Below are positions 8,544-18,061 of a DNA stretch of 22,004 bases, in pieces. Under the pieces are notes generated by a model. It was not told the origin of the DNA. It searched no databases and saw only the letters and a program-made list of their open reading frames with translations. Origin of the DNA: an uncultured archaeon (GTDB lineage Archaea > Altiarchaeota > Altiarchaeia > IMC4 > QMZM01); NCBI GenBank assembly GCA_964549685.1, contig CAZJVE010000017.1, forward strand, positions 1 through 22,004, read 5' to 3'. The translations under genes were made by a program, and so were the position numbers. Every line of letters begins with the position of its first letter. Position 1 is the first letter of the stretch.

Positions 8544-9769
8544 TGACTCAGTCAGAAATCAATATCGGTCTTATTGGCCACGTAGACCACGGCAAAACAA
8601 CATTAACAAAGTCCCTATCAGGCATATGGACCGACAAGCACTCGGAGGAAATCAAGAGGGGAATATCCATCAGACTGGGATATGCGGACTGTTCCTTCTA
8701 CAAATGCCCCTCCTGCAAGGGGTCGGAGTGCTACTGCACCTCCGAGAAATGCCCCAAGTGCGGTGCAAAGGCCGAATTTCTCAGAAGAGTTTCTTTTGTT
8801 GACTCCCCTGGCCACGAAACCCTGATGGCCACAATGCTCTCTGGGGCAGCAATAATGGATGGCGCCCTTCTTGTTATAGCAGCAAACGAGTCGTGCCCGC
8901 AGCCGCAGACAGCAGAGCATCTCATGGCACTTGAGATATTGGGAGTAAAGAATATCGTCATTGCACAGAACAAAATCGACCTGGTTTCAAAGGAGGAGGC
9001 GTTGGAGAATGACAACCAGATTAAGGAATTCATCAAGGGTACAGTAGCTGAGAATTCACTCATCATCCCGATTGCTGCCCATTACAATGCAAACATCGAT
9101 GCCCTGATTCAGGCAATAGAGGAGAAGATTCCAACGCCGGAGAGGGACCCAAAGAAGGACTCCAGGATGATGATTGCCCGCTCCTTCGACATAAACAAGC
9201 CCGGAACAAAGCCGGACGGGATAAAGGGAGGAATCATAGGCGGCTCGCTAGTCCAGGGTAAACTGAAGGTGGGCGATGAGATTGAACTCTCTCCAGGAGT
9301 GAAAAAGAAGAACGTCTACAGGCCGATTAAAACGGAGATAGTCAGCCTGAGTGCTGGGGGTTCGGAGCTGAAGGATGCAAACCCCGGCGGTTTGATAGCC
9401 ATAGGAACGAAACTCGACCCCTCCCTTACAAAATCAGACAACCTCTCAGGAAACGTAATCGGCAAGCCAGGAACCCTGCCTGAAGCAAGGAGCAAGCTTA
9501 CTCTCAAGGTCAATCTCCTGAAAAGGCTGATAGGTAGCAAGGAGGAGATAAATATAGTGCCCCTGCAGAAGAACGAGGCACTGATGCTGTCCGCCGGGAG
9601 TGCGGTGACAGTGGGCATAGTCACGGACCCGAAGAAGGGCAGGATGGAACTCAAACTTCCAGTATGTGTGGAGGAGAACGACCTTGTGGCCATAAGCAGG
9701 AGGTTCGGTGCAAGGTGGCGCCTAATTGGCTATGGAACAATCAAGGGAGATGAAAACACTAATTCTTGA
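8543..9769 (+). CDS. eif2g: Translation initiation factor 2 subunit gamma
   Basis: [19 protein letters not shown], Zn-knuckle [37 protein letters not shown]. Confidence 0.98.
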   Translation: MTQSEINIGLIGHVDHGKTTLTKSLSGIWTDKHSEEIKRGISIRLGYADCSFYKCPSCKGSECYCTSEKCPKCGAKAEFLRRVSFVDSPGHETLMATMLSGAAIMDGALLVIAANESCPQPQTAEHLMALEILGVKNIVIAQNKIDLVSKEEALENDNQIKEFIKGTVAENSLIIPIAAHYNANIDALIQAIEEKIPTPERDPKKDSRMMIARSFDINKPGTKPDGIKGGIIGGSLVQGKLKVGDEIELSPGVKKKNVYRPIKTEIVSLSAGGSELKDANPGGLIAIGTKLDPSLTKSDNLSGNVIGKPGTLPEARSKLTLKVNLLKRLIGSKEEINIVPLQKNEALMLSAGSAVTVGIVTDPKKGRMELKLPVCVEENDLVAISRRFGARWRLIGYGTIKGDENTNS

Positions 9770-10139
9770 CACTAATTTTTTGATGATTCCCCACCAGCAG
9801 AGGGTCGATATCTTCAGAGAGATTGAGAGAATTATCGTCGCCAGATACGATTTACTTGTTCCTACCGGAGTTATAGAGGAATTGCAGGGAATTCAGGAGG
9901 AGGGTGGTTCAGATGCAATAGCGGCAAAGGTTGCGCTGCAGTTCATCGAGGACAGGGACAGGCACATCCATAAGATACACAGCCATGGTGATGTAGATGA
10001 ATTCATACTCGACTTCGCATCGAATAATCCTGGCTCAGTCGTATGCACCAATGACAAGGAGCTCAAGAGAAGACTGAGAAAATCCAGAGTCCCTGTGGTG
10101 CATCTGAGGGGCAAAAACAGGCTGGAACTGATAAATTAG
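9750..10139 (+). CDS. PIN-domain nuclease (Fcf1/Utp24-like)
   Basis: [31 protein letters not shown]; conserved position after eif2g. ATG at 9750 follows a GGAG SD-like motif. Confidence 0.9.
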   Translation: MKTLILDTNFLMIPHQQRVDIFREIERIIVARYDLLVPTGVIEELQGIQEEGGSDAIAAKVALQFIEDRDRHIHKIHSHGDVDEFILDFASNNPGSVVCTNDKELKRRLRKSRVPVVHLRGKNRLELIN

Positions 10140-10192
10140 CTAATTTAAATTGATTGAAGGTAATAATTAATCTCACTTCTATGCATGATAAA

Positions 10193-12211
10193 ATGGATCT
10201 TACGGTTTTACCTTTGATTTCGGGAATATGTGCATTGATATTTGTTGCGTTCCTCGCGAAGAGGGTTATGAAGCAGAGCCCCGGCTCTGAGAAGATGAGA
10301 GATATCTCGGATGCAATCCATGAGGGTGCGATGGCATTCCTTAAGAGAGAGTACTCTGCAATACTGGTATTTGCCGTCATAATGACGGCAGTTCTGGCGA
10401 CGTTTATAGGTATCCCAACTGCAATAGCCTACGTTGCGGGAGCCATATGCTCCTCGGCTGCAGGATTCGTCGGCATGAATATCGCAACCAAGGCTAATGT
10501 AAGGACTGCAGAGGCTGCAAAGAAGAGCATCAACAAAGCCTTGAGAGTCGCATTCTCCGGTGGGGGGGTAATGGGCCTCTCCGTTGTCGGCCTTGGCCTG
10601 CTTGGAATATACTTCTCATACTCGATACTTCAGGATGCAATCATGCAGGACAACCGAATGATTAACGTAATAACCGGCTTCGGCTTCGGAGCAAGCTCGA
10701 TAGCACTCTTTGCAAGGGTCGGCGGTGGCATATTCACTAAAGGCGCTGATGTCGGTGCCGATTTAGTCGGAAAGGTGGAGGTAGGAATCCCAGAAGACGA
10801 CCCCAGAAATCCAGCAGTCATTGCAGATAATGTTGGCGATAATGTTGGAGATGTTGCCGGAATGGGCGCGGACCTGTTTGAGAGCTATGTGAACTCGGTA
10901 ATCGCTGCGATGGTCATAGGACTGACAATAACTTCATACGGAGTCAATGGCGTCGTATTCCCAATGGCCCTTGCGGGAGCCGGAATTCTCGCATCCATTG
11001 CCGGGACGTTCTTCGTCTCGACCAAGGAGGATGCAACCGCATCACAGCTCCTATCGGCTCTGAGAAAGGGCGTATTCTCAGCAGGAACCCTCATCATCAT
11101 CGCGGCCTACTTCCTGGTGCAACAAACAGTTGGCGACATGAACGTCTTCTATTCTGCTGTAACGGGCCTTGTTGTTGGAGTCCTTATAGGACTCATAACC
11201 GAATACTACACATCAAGCCATTACAATCCAACCAAGAACGTTGCTGCTTCTTCACAGACAGGAGCAGGCACAAACATTATAAGCGGCCTCTCCATTGGAA
11301 TGAAAAGCACGGCGATACCTATAATCCTTATTGCCATAGCAATCGTTGTAACATTCAAACTCTCCGGTGTCTATGGGATTGCCATAGCAGCGGTCGGAAT
11401 GCTCTCAACACTCGGTATAACTATGTCAACAGATGCATATGGTCCAATAGCCGATAATGCGGGGGGCATAACGGAAATGGCGGGCCTCGGAAAGGATGTA
11501 AGGAAGAGGACCGACGCTCTTGATGCACTGGGCAATACAACGGCAGCAACAGGAAAGGGATTCGCGATAGCATCAGCAGCATTAACAGCATTGGCTTTAA
11601 TGGCGGCATACACTGCGGCAACAAACGTCGATGTGATAAACATAACGAAGCCGGGAGTGATAGCCGGAGTATTTATCGGCGGAATGCTGCCCTTCGTCTT
11701 TTCCTCATTCACAATGGATGCTGTTGGCAGAGCCGCCTTTGAAGTAGTCAATGAAGTCAGGAGACAGTTCAAGGAGATAACGGGCCTGATGGACGGGAAG
11801 GCCAAGGCAGATTATGCCAGATGCGTTGACATAAGCACAAAGACGGCAATCAGGGAGATGATAGTTCCTGGAACGATTGCAGTAATAACTCCCATAACCA
11901 TTGGCCTTCTACTTGGTGCCGAGGCACTTGGTGGGCTTCTTGCAGGCTCCATAGTGACGGGCTTTTTAATGGCCGTAATGATGGCGAATTCCGGGGCGGC
12001 ATGGGACAACGCAAAGAAGTACATAGAGGAAGGAAACATGGGAGGCAAGGGTTCCAATGCTCATAAGGCAGCGGTCATTGGAGACACGGTTGGAGACCCA
12101 TTCAAGGATACCTCCGGACCGTCATTAAACATCCTCATAAAGCTGATGTCCGTAGTCTCATTGGTATTTGCGCCGCTATTCGTAACTTACGGAGGTATGC
12201 TGGCTTTATAA
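10193..12211 (+). CDS. hppa: Membrane-integral K+-dependent pyrophosphatase (probably Na+-translocating)
   Basis: [65 protein letters not shown] (Ala marks K+ dependence), [15 protein letters not shown]; many TMs. Start likely 10193. Confidence 0.97.
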   Translation: MDLTVLPLISGICALIFVAFLAKRVMKQSPGSEKMRDISDAIHEGAMAFLKREYSAILVFAVIMTAVLATFIGIPTAIAYVAGAICSSAAGFVGMNIATKANVRTAEAAKKSINKALRVAFSGGGVMGLSVVGLGLLGIYFSYSILQDAIMQDNRMINVITGFGFGASSIALFARVGGGIFTKGADVGADLVGKVEVGIPEDDPRNPAVIADNVGDNVGDVAGMGADLFESYVNSVIAAMVIGLTITSYGVNGVVFPMALAGAGILASIAGTFFVSTKEDATASQLLSALRKGVFSAGTLIIIAAYFLVQQTVGDMNVFYSAVTGLVVGVLIGLITEYYTSSHYNPTKNVAASSQTGAGTNIISGLSIGMKSTAIPIILIAIAIVVTFKLSGVYGIAIAAVGMLSTLGITMSTDAYGPIADNAGGITEMAGLGKDVRKRTDALDALGNTTAATGKGFAIASAALTALALMAAYTAATNVDVINITKPGVIAGVFIGGMLPFVFSSFTMDAVGRAAFEVVNEVRRQFKEITGLMDGKAKADYARCVDISTKTAIREMIVPGTIAVITPITIGLLLGAEALGGLLAGSIVTGFLMAVMMANSGAAWDNAKKYIEEGNMGGKGSNAHKAAVIGDTVGDPFKDTSGPSLNILIKLMSVVSLVFAPLFVTYGGMLAL

Positions 12212-12237
12212 GAATCTAATCTATATCAAAAAAGAAA

Positions 12238-12843
12238 ATGTATAAACTACTCACTGTAGAGGACACGGTAAGACTCCCGCCTAAGAGATTTAACGAAGAC
12301 CTGGAGGAAGCACTCATGACGGAATTCGAGAACACCATGGTGGGCAGAATAGACCGGGAGATTGGTCTCGTTCTTGCGGCAACCCAGGTTATTGAGGTGG
12401 GGGACAGCAAGATAATAATGGGTGACGGGGCCATCTACTACAACACGGTTCTTGAAATTATAGTGTACGAACCCGTATTGAACGAGGTCGTTGAAGGAAC
12501 AGTAACCGAGATTACGGAATTCGGAGCCTTCGTGAACTTCGGTCCAATGGACGGTCTTGTCCATGTTTCTCAAGTTACAGAGGACTTCATGGGCTACGAC
12601 CAGAAGAATTCAAACCTTGTGGGCAAGGAGTCGAAGAAGGTCCTCAAGCTGAGTGATTATGTAAGGGCTAGGATAGTTTCGGTAAGCCTGAAGCCAAGGT
12701 TCTCAGACTCCAAGATAGGCCTTACGATGAGACAGCCATACCTCGGGAAGAAGGAGTGGCTCGAGGATGCGAAGAAGGCACAGAAGGAAAAGGAGAAAAA
12801 GAAGACAAAGGCAAAGAAAGAGAAAAAGGAGAAGAAGAAATAA
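12238..12843 (+). CDS. rpoE1: DNA-directed RNA polymerase subunit E' (Rpo7)
   Basis: MYKLLTVEDTVRLPP, GDGAIYY, S1 domain EFGAFVNFGPMDGLVHVSQV, IGLTMRQPYLGK. Confidence 0.97.
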   Translation: MYKLLTVEDTVRLPPKRFNEDLEEALMTEFENTMVGRIDREIGLVLAATQVIEVGDSKIIMGDGAIYYNTVLEIIVYEPVLNEVVEGTVTEITEFGAFVNFGPMDGLVHVSQVTEDFMGYDQKNSNLVGKESKKVLKLSDYVRARIVSVSLKPRFSDSKIGLTMRQPYLGKKEWLEDAKKAQKEKEKKKTKAKKEKKEKKK

Positions 12844-12844
12844 A

Positions 12845-13024
12845 ATGATTCGATCATGCAAGCAGTGTCACAGACTGAGCGAAGAGGAAGCATGCCCCGT
12901 TTGCAAGGGCCCAACATCACAATACTGGAGCGGTTACATGGCAATCGTTGACCCTGAGAAGTCAGAGATAGCGAAGATAATGGAAATAAAGACGCCAGGG
13001 GAGTATGCCCTGAAAGTACGGTAA
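12845..13024 (+). CDS. spt4: Transcription elongation factor Spt4 (RpoE'')
   Basis: CKQCH..CPVC, WSGY..IVDPEKSEIAK, PGEYALKVR; ATG at 12845. Confidence 0.95.
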   Translation: MIRSCKQCHRLSEEEACPVCKGPTSQYWSGYMAIVDPEKSEIAKIMEIKTPGEYALKVR

Positions 13025-13029
13025 GTCAA

Positions 13030-13542
13030 ATGAGGAACAAAACCCTAAAGCTTCCCAAGTCGCTGAGGGAAGGGCTAAAGGAACCGTTTGGAGAACTATT
13101 GGCCGGCCTGGAGGAGTTAAGGCATAACAAGAACATAATATGTGTCGGCGACGAAACATCAAAATTATCGCTGGAATTCGGACTCAAACCAAAGGTTTTG
13201 GTCTATGATGGTAGGATAAAGAGGGAATCTGTCCCGATTCCGGCCATAATAAGAAACTTCAAAGCGACTGAGGTAAGGGTCAAGAATCCGGCAGGTTACA
13301 TAACCCGGGAATCCTTTGAGGCGATATACGCAGGACTGACGGGCTTCGGGAGGGTCAAGATACGGGTTGATGGGGAGGAGGACCTGCTGACCATTGCTGC
13401 AATAGACCTCGCACCAGCGGGCTCGGTAGTACTCTATGGTCAGCCACACGAGGGTCTGGTAGTTGTGAAGGTCAACGAAGAAAGCAAAAAGAGAGCAAGA
13501 AAGGTACTTGAGCAGATGGATATAGAAGAAAATGAACATTGA
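13030..13542 (+). CDS. GTP-dependent dephospho-CoA kinase (DUF359)
   Basis: LREGLKEPFG, CVGD, YDGRIKR, NPAGYIT, VDGEEDLL, YGQPHEG; conserved position between spt4 and rps24e. Confidence 0.9.
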   Translation: MRNKTLKLPKSLREGLKEPFGELLAGLEELRHNKNIICVGDETSKLSLEFGLKPKVLVYDGRIKRESVPIPAIIRNFKATEVRVKNPAGYITRESFEAIYAGLTGFGRVKIRVDGEEDLLTIAAIDLAPAGSVVLYGQPHEGLVVVKVNEESKKRARKVLEQMDIEENEH

Positions 13543-14056
13543 AATTCTTGAAGAGAAGGAGAATCCCCTCCTTGGGAGGAAGGAGGTTAGGTTCAGGATT
13601 GATTATAAAGGGAAGACCCCTAGCTTTGTGGAGGTAAGGAATGAGTTGATAAAGAAGGTAAATGCTGACAACAACCTTACGGTTATAGATTCGGTTAATT
13701 CCGACTTTGGGACTCAGAGCGCATTTGCCTACGCGAAGATTTACAGGGACGAGAAGAGCATGATGGTAGAACCTGGCTACAGGATAGAGAAGAACATCAG
13801 GGGCAAGAAGAAAAAGGAAAAGAAACCTGAGGCGGAGAAGCCGGTAGCAGAAGCCAAGCCAGCAGAAGAGAAAGCTGAGAAGCCAGCTGAGGGAGCAAAG
13901 CCTGAGGAACCGAAGCAGGAAGAGAAACCAGCCGAGGAAAAGCCAAAGGAAGAACCCAAAGAAAAACCAGCGGAAGAACCCAAGCCCGAAGAATCCAAAG
14001 AGGAAGCAAAACCAGCCGAGGTAGAGGAAACCAAGGAGGAGAAGAAGGATGGCTAA
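13532..14056 (+). CDS. rps24e: 30S ribosomal protein S24e with E/K/P/A-rich C-terminal extension
   Basis: [35 protein letters not shown]; about 80 aa repeat tail. Confidence 0.95.
   Translation: MNIEILEEKENPLLGRKEVRFRIDYKGKTPSFVEVRNELIKKVNADNNLTVIDSVNSDFGTQSAFAYAKIYRDEKSMMVEPGYRIEKNIRGKKKKEKKPEAEKPVAEAKPAEEKAEKPAEGAKPEEPKQEEKPAEEKPKEEPKEKPAEEPKPEESKEEAKPAEVEETKEEKKDG
13819..14053 (+). repeat. Coding tandem repeats (EEKPAEE) in the S24e tail
   Basis: Degenerate EKPAEE units. Confidence 0.85.
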
Positions 14057-14243
14057 GAGAAATGTAAAGGAGAAGAAGAAATCCCCCAGCAGCAAGAAGT
14101 GGGAGAAGTACGATACCTCTGGAGAGAAGGTAGATAGGAAGAACAAGAGCTGCCCCAAGTGCGGTGATGGTGTCTTCATGGCAAGGCATCATGACAGGGA
14201 CACCTGTGGCAAATGCAGCTATACTGAATTCAGGAAAAAGTGA
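14049..14243 (+). CDS. rps27ae: 30S ribosomal protein S27ae
   Basis: [27 protein letters not shown]. Confidence 0.97.
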   Translation: MAKRNVKEKKKSPSSKKWEKYDTSGEKVDRKNKSCPKCGDGVFMARHHDRDTCGKCSYTEFRKK

Positions 14244-14791
14244 AAATCGTCGGCATCGACCTTGCAGGACACCCAACAAACGATACGGGTTTCTGCGTTC
14301 TAAGGGCCGATGATGATGGGAAGTCCGTTACAACATCAATTCTAAAATCAGATTCTGATATTCTCAAGAGGCTCAAGGAGATTCAGCCAAGCATAATTGC
14401 GATAGACGCCCCCCTCATCTTCGATGGAAGGAACAGGCCCTGTGATGACGAGCTCAGGGAATACGGCGCACTGCCCGTGACACTGAGGGGTATGGAGGTT
14501 CTCGCAAAGAGAGGCTCATCTCTAGCTAGAGAAATCAAAAAACTGAATCCAAATCTGATTGAAATATCTGCAAAAACGTCTGCAAAGATTCTCGGCTTTC
14601 ATGACCCAGACAATAAAAAGATGCAGAGGAGACTCATAGAGGCCAAGATATCCGGCGACATTGACAAAAGATTCCTGACAAAGGACGAGCTGGATGCCAT
14701 ATTTGCTGCAATTACCGGCTATCTGCACCTGAATGGTTCTACTGAGGAAGTGGGCGATGATAACGGGAGGATTATAATCCCCAAGGTATAG
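14240..14791 (+). CDS. DUF429 family protein (predicted RNase H-like nuclease)
   Basis: [32 protein letters not shown]; GTG start overlaps the rps27ae stop (GTGA). Confidence 0.8.
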   Translation: MKIVGIDLAGHPTNDTGFCVLRADDDGKSVTTSILKSDSDILKRLKEIQPSIIAIDAPLIFDGRNRPCDDELREYGALPVTLRGMEVLAKRGSSLAREIKKLNPNLIEISAKTSAKILGFHDPDNKKMQRRLIEAKISGDIDKRFLTKDELDAIFAAITGYLHLNGSTEEVGDDNGRIIIPKV

Positions 14792-14822
14792 ATTTATGCT
14801 TAAATCCCCAAAACTTTACTGT

Positions 14823-16211
14823 ATGAAAGATTCTTATGACATAGTAGTAATCGGCTCCGGACCTGCAGGAATGTTCGCGGCCAACGAGCTTCTCAACAAA
14901 AAACTGAGGATTCTGATTATCGACTCCGGCAAGCCCATAAGCGGGAGGGAGTGCCCCATGGAGGTGGATGGCAAGTGCATTAACTGCGACCCCTGTAACA
15001 TAATGTGCGGCGTTGGGGGTGCCGGAACCTTTTCCGATGGAACACTAAACCTTAGACCTGACATCGGCGGCGACCTGTCCGAGTTCGCAAGGAATTCCAA
15101 GGAGGCATATTCTCTGGTTGAAGAGGTCGATAAAACCTTTCTGAGATTCGGGGCCTCAAGGAAATTATCCGGGGCCAATAAGAAGGGCGTAACCAAGCTG
15201 AAGAGAAAGGCAGCATCAGCCGGTATAAAATTCGTTGACATTCGCCAGAGGCACATAGGCACCGACAAAGCACCGAAGATAATAAGCAAATTCGAGAAGC
15301 ACCTGAGAAAAAAGGGAGTCAAATTCCTGCTGCAGACAGACGTCAAGGACATCCTGATAAAGGACGGGAAATGTTCCGGAGTCAAACTGGAAAAGGACAG
15401 GAAAATAAAGGCAAGGTTCGTTCTTGTCGCTCCTGGCAGAATCGGGGCTTCATGGTTTGACAAACAGATAGAAAAGCACGGGATAAGGGCGAGGCATGGG
15501 CCAATAGATGTTGGAGTGAGAGTAGAGGTTTCATCGATAATAATGGATCCCGTCATTGAAATAAACAGGGACCCAAAGTTTCACATAAGGACCAAAAGGT
15601 ATGATGATTTCGTGAGGACGTTCTGTACCAATGACCACGGCTACGTAGTAAAGGAGAACTATGATGGCATGGTCGGAATCAATGGCCACTCTTTCATAGC
15701 CCAGGGTTCGGATAACACGAACTTTGCATTTCTCGTTAGAGTGGCACTAACCAAGCCGGTCGAGAATACGATAAAATACGGTGAATCTATCGCGAAACTG
15801 GCAACAACAATCGGTGGAGGCAAACCCATCCTGCAGATACTCGGCGACCTCAGAAGGGGAAGGCGCTCCCACAAGGAGAGAATCCTCCAGAACCCGGTGC
15901 AGCCAACTCTGAAGGAAGTAACCCCCGGCGATATATCCATGGCTCTCCCTCATAGAATTGTAATGGACATTATCGAAGGGCTTGAGAAGCTCAACGAGGT
16001 TATTCCCGGAGTCGCTTCGGACTCCACCCTCCTCTATGCCCCTGAGATAAAATTCTATGCAACGCAAGTGAAGATAAACGGGGGGATGGAAACCAGCATC
16101 AAGAACCTCTTTGCTGCTGGCGATGGCGCTGGACTATCCAGGGACATGGTGAATTCTGCCGCGACAGGAATTCTTGCAGGGAGAGGAATTCTAGCAAAAA
16201 TTGAAAGTTAA
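14823..16211 (+). CDS. NAD(P)/FAD-dependent oxidoreductase (COG2509-type) with a Cys cluster
   Basis: DIVVIGSGPAG, CP..CINCDPCNIMCGVGGAGTFSDG, VRTFC, LYAPEIKFY, FAAGDGAG. Start 14823 preferred over 14796. Confidence 0.88.
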   Translation: MKDSYDIVVIGSGPAGMFAANELLNKKLRILIIDSGKPISGRECPMEVDGKCINCDPCNIMCGVGGAGTFSDGTLNLRPDIGGDLSEFARNSKEAYSLVEEVDKTFLRFGASRKLSGANKKGVTKLKRKAASAGIKFVDIRQRHIGTDKAPKIISKFEKHLRKKGVKFLLQTDVKDILIKDGKCSGVKLEKDRKIKARFVLVAPGRIGASWFDKQIEKHGIRARHGPIDVGVRVEVSSIIMDPVIEINRDPKFHIRTKRYDDFVRTFCTNDHGYVVKENYDGMVGINGHSFIAQGSDNTNFAFLVRVALTKPVENTIKYGESIAKLATTIGGGKPILQILGDLRRGRRSHKERILQNPVQPTLKEVTPGDISMALPHRIVMDIIEGLEKLNEVIPGVASDSTLLYAPEIKFYATQVKINGGMETSIKNLFAAGDGAGLSRDMVNSAATGILAGRGILAKIES

Positions 16212-16713
16212 GGTTCTCAGACTCGGCCACAGATACAGCAGGGACAGAAGGATAAGCACCCATGTCGGTCTTGTGGCCAGGGCATTCGGAGCGGATGAGC
16301 TTCTTATGGACGTTGAGGACAAGCAGCTGGGTGAGAGCATTACTGGAATTGCAAAAGAGTGGGGTGGTGAATTCGAAATAAGCTTCATAAAGAACTGGAA
16401 GAAGTTTCTCAGAGAGTTTGACGGAGAGAAGATTCATCTTACGATGTATGGTATCAACATCGATGACCGCATAACCGATATCCGGGCATCAAAGAAGGAC
16501 AAGCTAATCATCATCGGCGGGCAGAAGGTGCCCTCCGACCTTTATGAGTTGGCTGACTATAACATAGCGATAGGGAGCCAGCCCCACTCAGAGGTTGCAG
16601 CACTCTCCATATTCCTTGACAGACTATTTGATGGAAAAGAACTGAGCAGGAAATTCAATGGCAGGAAAAGTATAATTCCTCAGGAGAGGGGCAAAAAAGT
16701 CATTGAGAAATAG
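16201..16713 (+). CDS. trm56: tRNA (cytidine(56)-2'-O)-methyltransferase (SPOUT)
   Basis: VLRLGHR..RDRRISTHVGLVARAFGA, HLTMYG, GGQKVP, ADYNIAIGSQPHSEVAAL; TTG start. Confidence 0.95.
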   Translation: MKVKVLRLGHRYSRDRRISTHVGLVARAFGADELLMDVEDKQLGESITGIAKEWGGEFEISFIKNWKKFLREFDGEKIHLTMYGINIDDRITDIRASKKDKLIIIGGQKVPSDLYELADYNIAIGSQPHSEVAALSIFLDRLFDGKELSRKFNGRKSIIPQERGKKVIEK

Positions 16714-17355
16714 CTACCACCCATCATCCCCGACCAGGGGAACGAACATGCAGCCACCCAGGTCCCCTATAATCTTTTTATTACCGCTCTTAACCACAAG
16801 TTTCAGCTCCTGGTACATTCTACCGCCGACAGGGATAAGCATCTTCCCCTCATCTTTCAGCTGCTCGAATAATGCCCTCGGAATCCTCGGGGCTCCCGCA
16901 GTCACGATAATCCTATCATAGGGGGACTCCTCCTCATAGCCTTTGCTACCTTCACCATAGATGACATGGACGTTCTTATACCCTGCCCTGCCCAGATTCC
17001 ACTGCGCCAGATCAACGAGCTCGGGAATTCTTTCGATACTATAGATTTTACCCTTCGTTACAATCTCTGAAATTATTGCGGCCTGATAACCGGAGCCGGC
17101 ACCAATCTCAAGAACCTTACTGTCCTCCACCAGGTCAAGATTTTCGGTCATCATTGCAACCATATGCGGCGCTGAGATGGTCTGCCCGTGACCTATAAAG
17201 AGAGGGACATCTCTGTAGGCCTGAACCTTCTGCCATTCCGGTATGAACTCATGTCTCCTTACGCTCAACATGGCCTTCTCAACGGCCTCGCTCTTTATAT
17301 AGCCCTCGGACTTGAGCGTCTCTATCAGAGTTTCTCTATCTTCTACCCATCCCAT
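16714..17355 (-). CDS. pcm: Protein-L-isoaspartate O-methyltransferase
   Basis: GQTISAPHMVA, VLEIGAGSGYQAA, PYDRIIVTAG, FVPLVG. Confidence 0.96.
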   Translation of the reverse strand: MGWVEDRETLIETLKSEGYIKSEAVEKAMLSVRRHEFIPEWQKVQAYRDVPLFIGHGQTISAPHMVAMMTENLDLVEDSKVLEIGAGSGYQAAIISEIVTKGKIYSIERIPELVDLAQWNLGRAGYKNVHVIYGEGSKGYEEESPYDRIIVTAGAPRIPRALFEQLKDEGKMLIPVGGRMYQELKLVVKSGNKKIIGDLGGCMFVPLVGDDGW

Positions 17356-17386
17356 TTTTCTTACCTTTAATCATTAATTATTAGAT

Positions 17387-18061
17387 ATGAATAAATTAAG
17401 CCAGCTCCTGCCGGGCGAGACAATATCTGTAGCCGTGAGAGTGCTGGACGAACCGGAAGAGAACAAGATTAATGGCAGGAAGAAATTAAGAGCGATGATT
17501 GGTGATGGTGACAATATAGCCAACCTTGTTGCATGGGACCGGGAAGCTGATAGACTGAACGTAGCAAAGGATGAAATTCTTGAGATAGTGGATGGGGAAT
17601 GCCCTGCCTTACACAAGGATACCCGACACCCGCCCACTCTGCTAGTCACAAAAAAAACTAACGTAACTAAGAAAAAGGTAAAATTCCCTTCAATCCAGGA
17701 ATGCATACAAGGGAAATTCCTGGACCAGGTTTCTGAGTACAGCTATGGCATAGCTACTGGCTTCATAAACCAGGTCTATCAAACCGCATCCTATTTCTGC
17801 GAGAGGTGCAAGAAATTTTCTGACGAGATGTGCAACTGCGGAAACTTCCCCAAGCCCATATTCCGGATAAGGGGGTTCTTCTCCGACGGAACCAAGACGC
17901 TTTTATTCTCAACAACCTCCGAAAGAGTGGCCGAGAAGCTCACCAAGGCGAGCAGGAGGGAGGCAAAAAAAATCAAACCCAAGGCGATTATGGACCGGCC
18001 CTACACACTTCTGGGCTATCTGAGGAACGAAAAATTCTGGGTGGAGGACGTAATAGAATGA
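17387..18061 (+). CDS. OB-fold plus Zn-ribbon protein, RPA1-like ssDNA-binding subunit
   Basis: First OB (IGDGDNIANLVAWD); second OB interrupted by CERC-x8-CNCG and followed by FSDGTKTL, as in the RPA1 C-terminal domain. Confidence 0.7.
   Translation: MNKLSQLLPGETISVAVRVLDEPEENKINGRKKLRAMIGDGDNIANLVAWDREADRLNVAKDEILEIVDGECPALHKDTRHPPTLLVTKKTNVTKKKVKFPSIQECIQGKFLDQVSEYSYGIATGFINQVYQTASYFCERCKKFSDEMCNCGNFPKPIFRIRGFFSDGTKTLLFSTTSERVAEKLTKASRREAKKIKPKAIMDRPYTLLGYLRNEKFWVEDVIE

Noticed and set aside
12767-12844. Arg-rich N-terminal extension of Spt4
   Set aside because: Alternative-frame reading of the Lys-rich RpoE1 tail; the real start is 12845.
17830-18057. 76-aa N-terminal extension of the RPA2-like ORF
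   Set aside because: Lies inside the upstream gene; the ATGA coupling at 18058 is the more plausible start.
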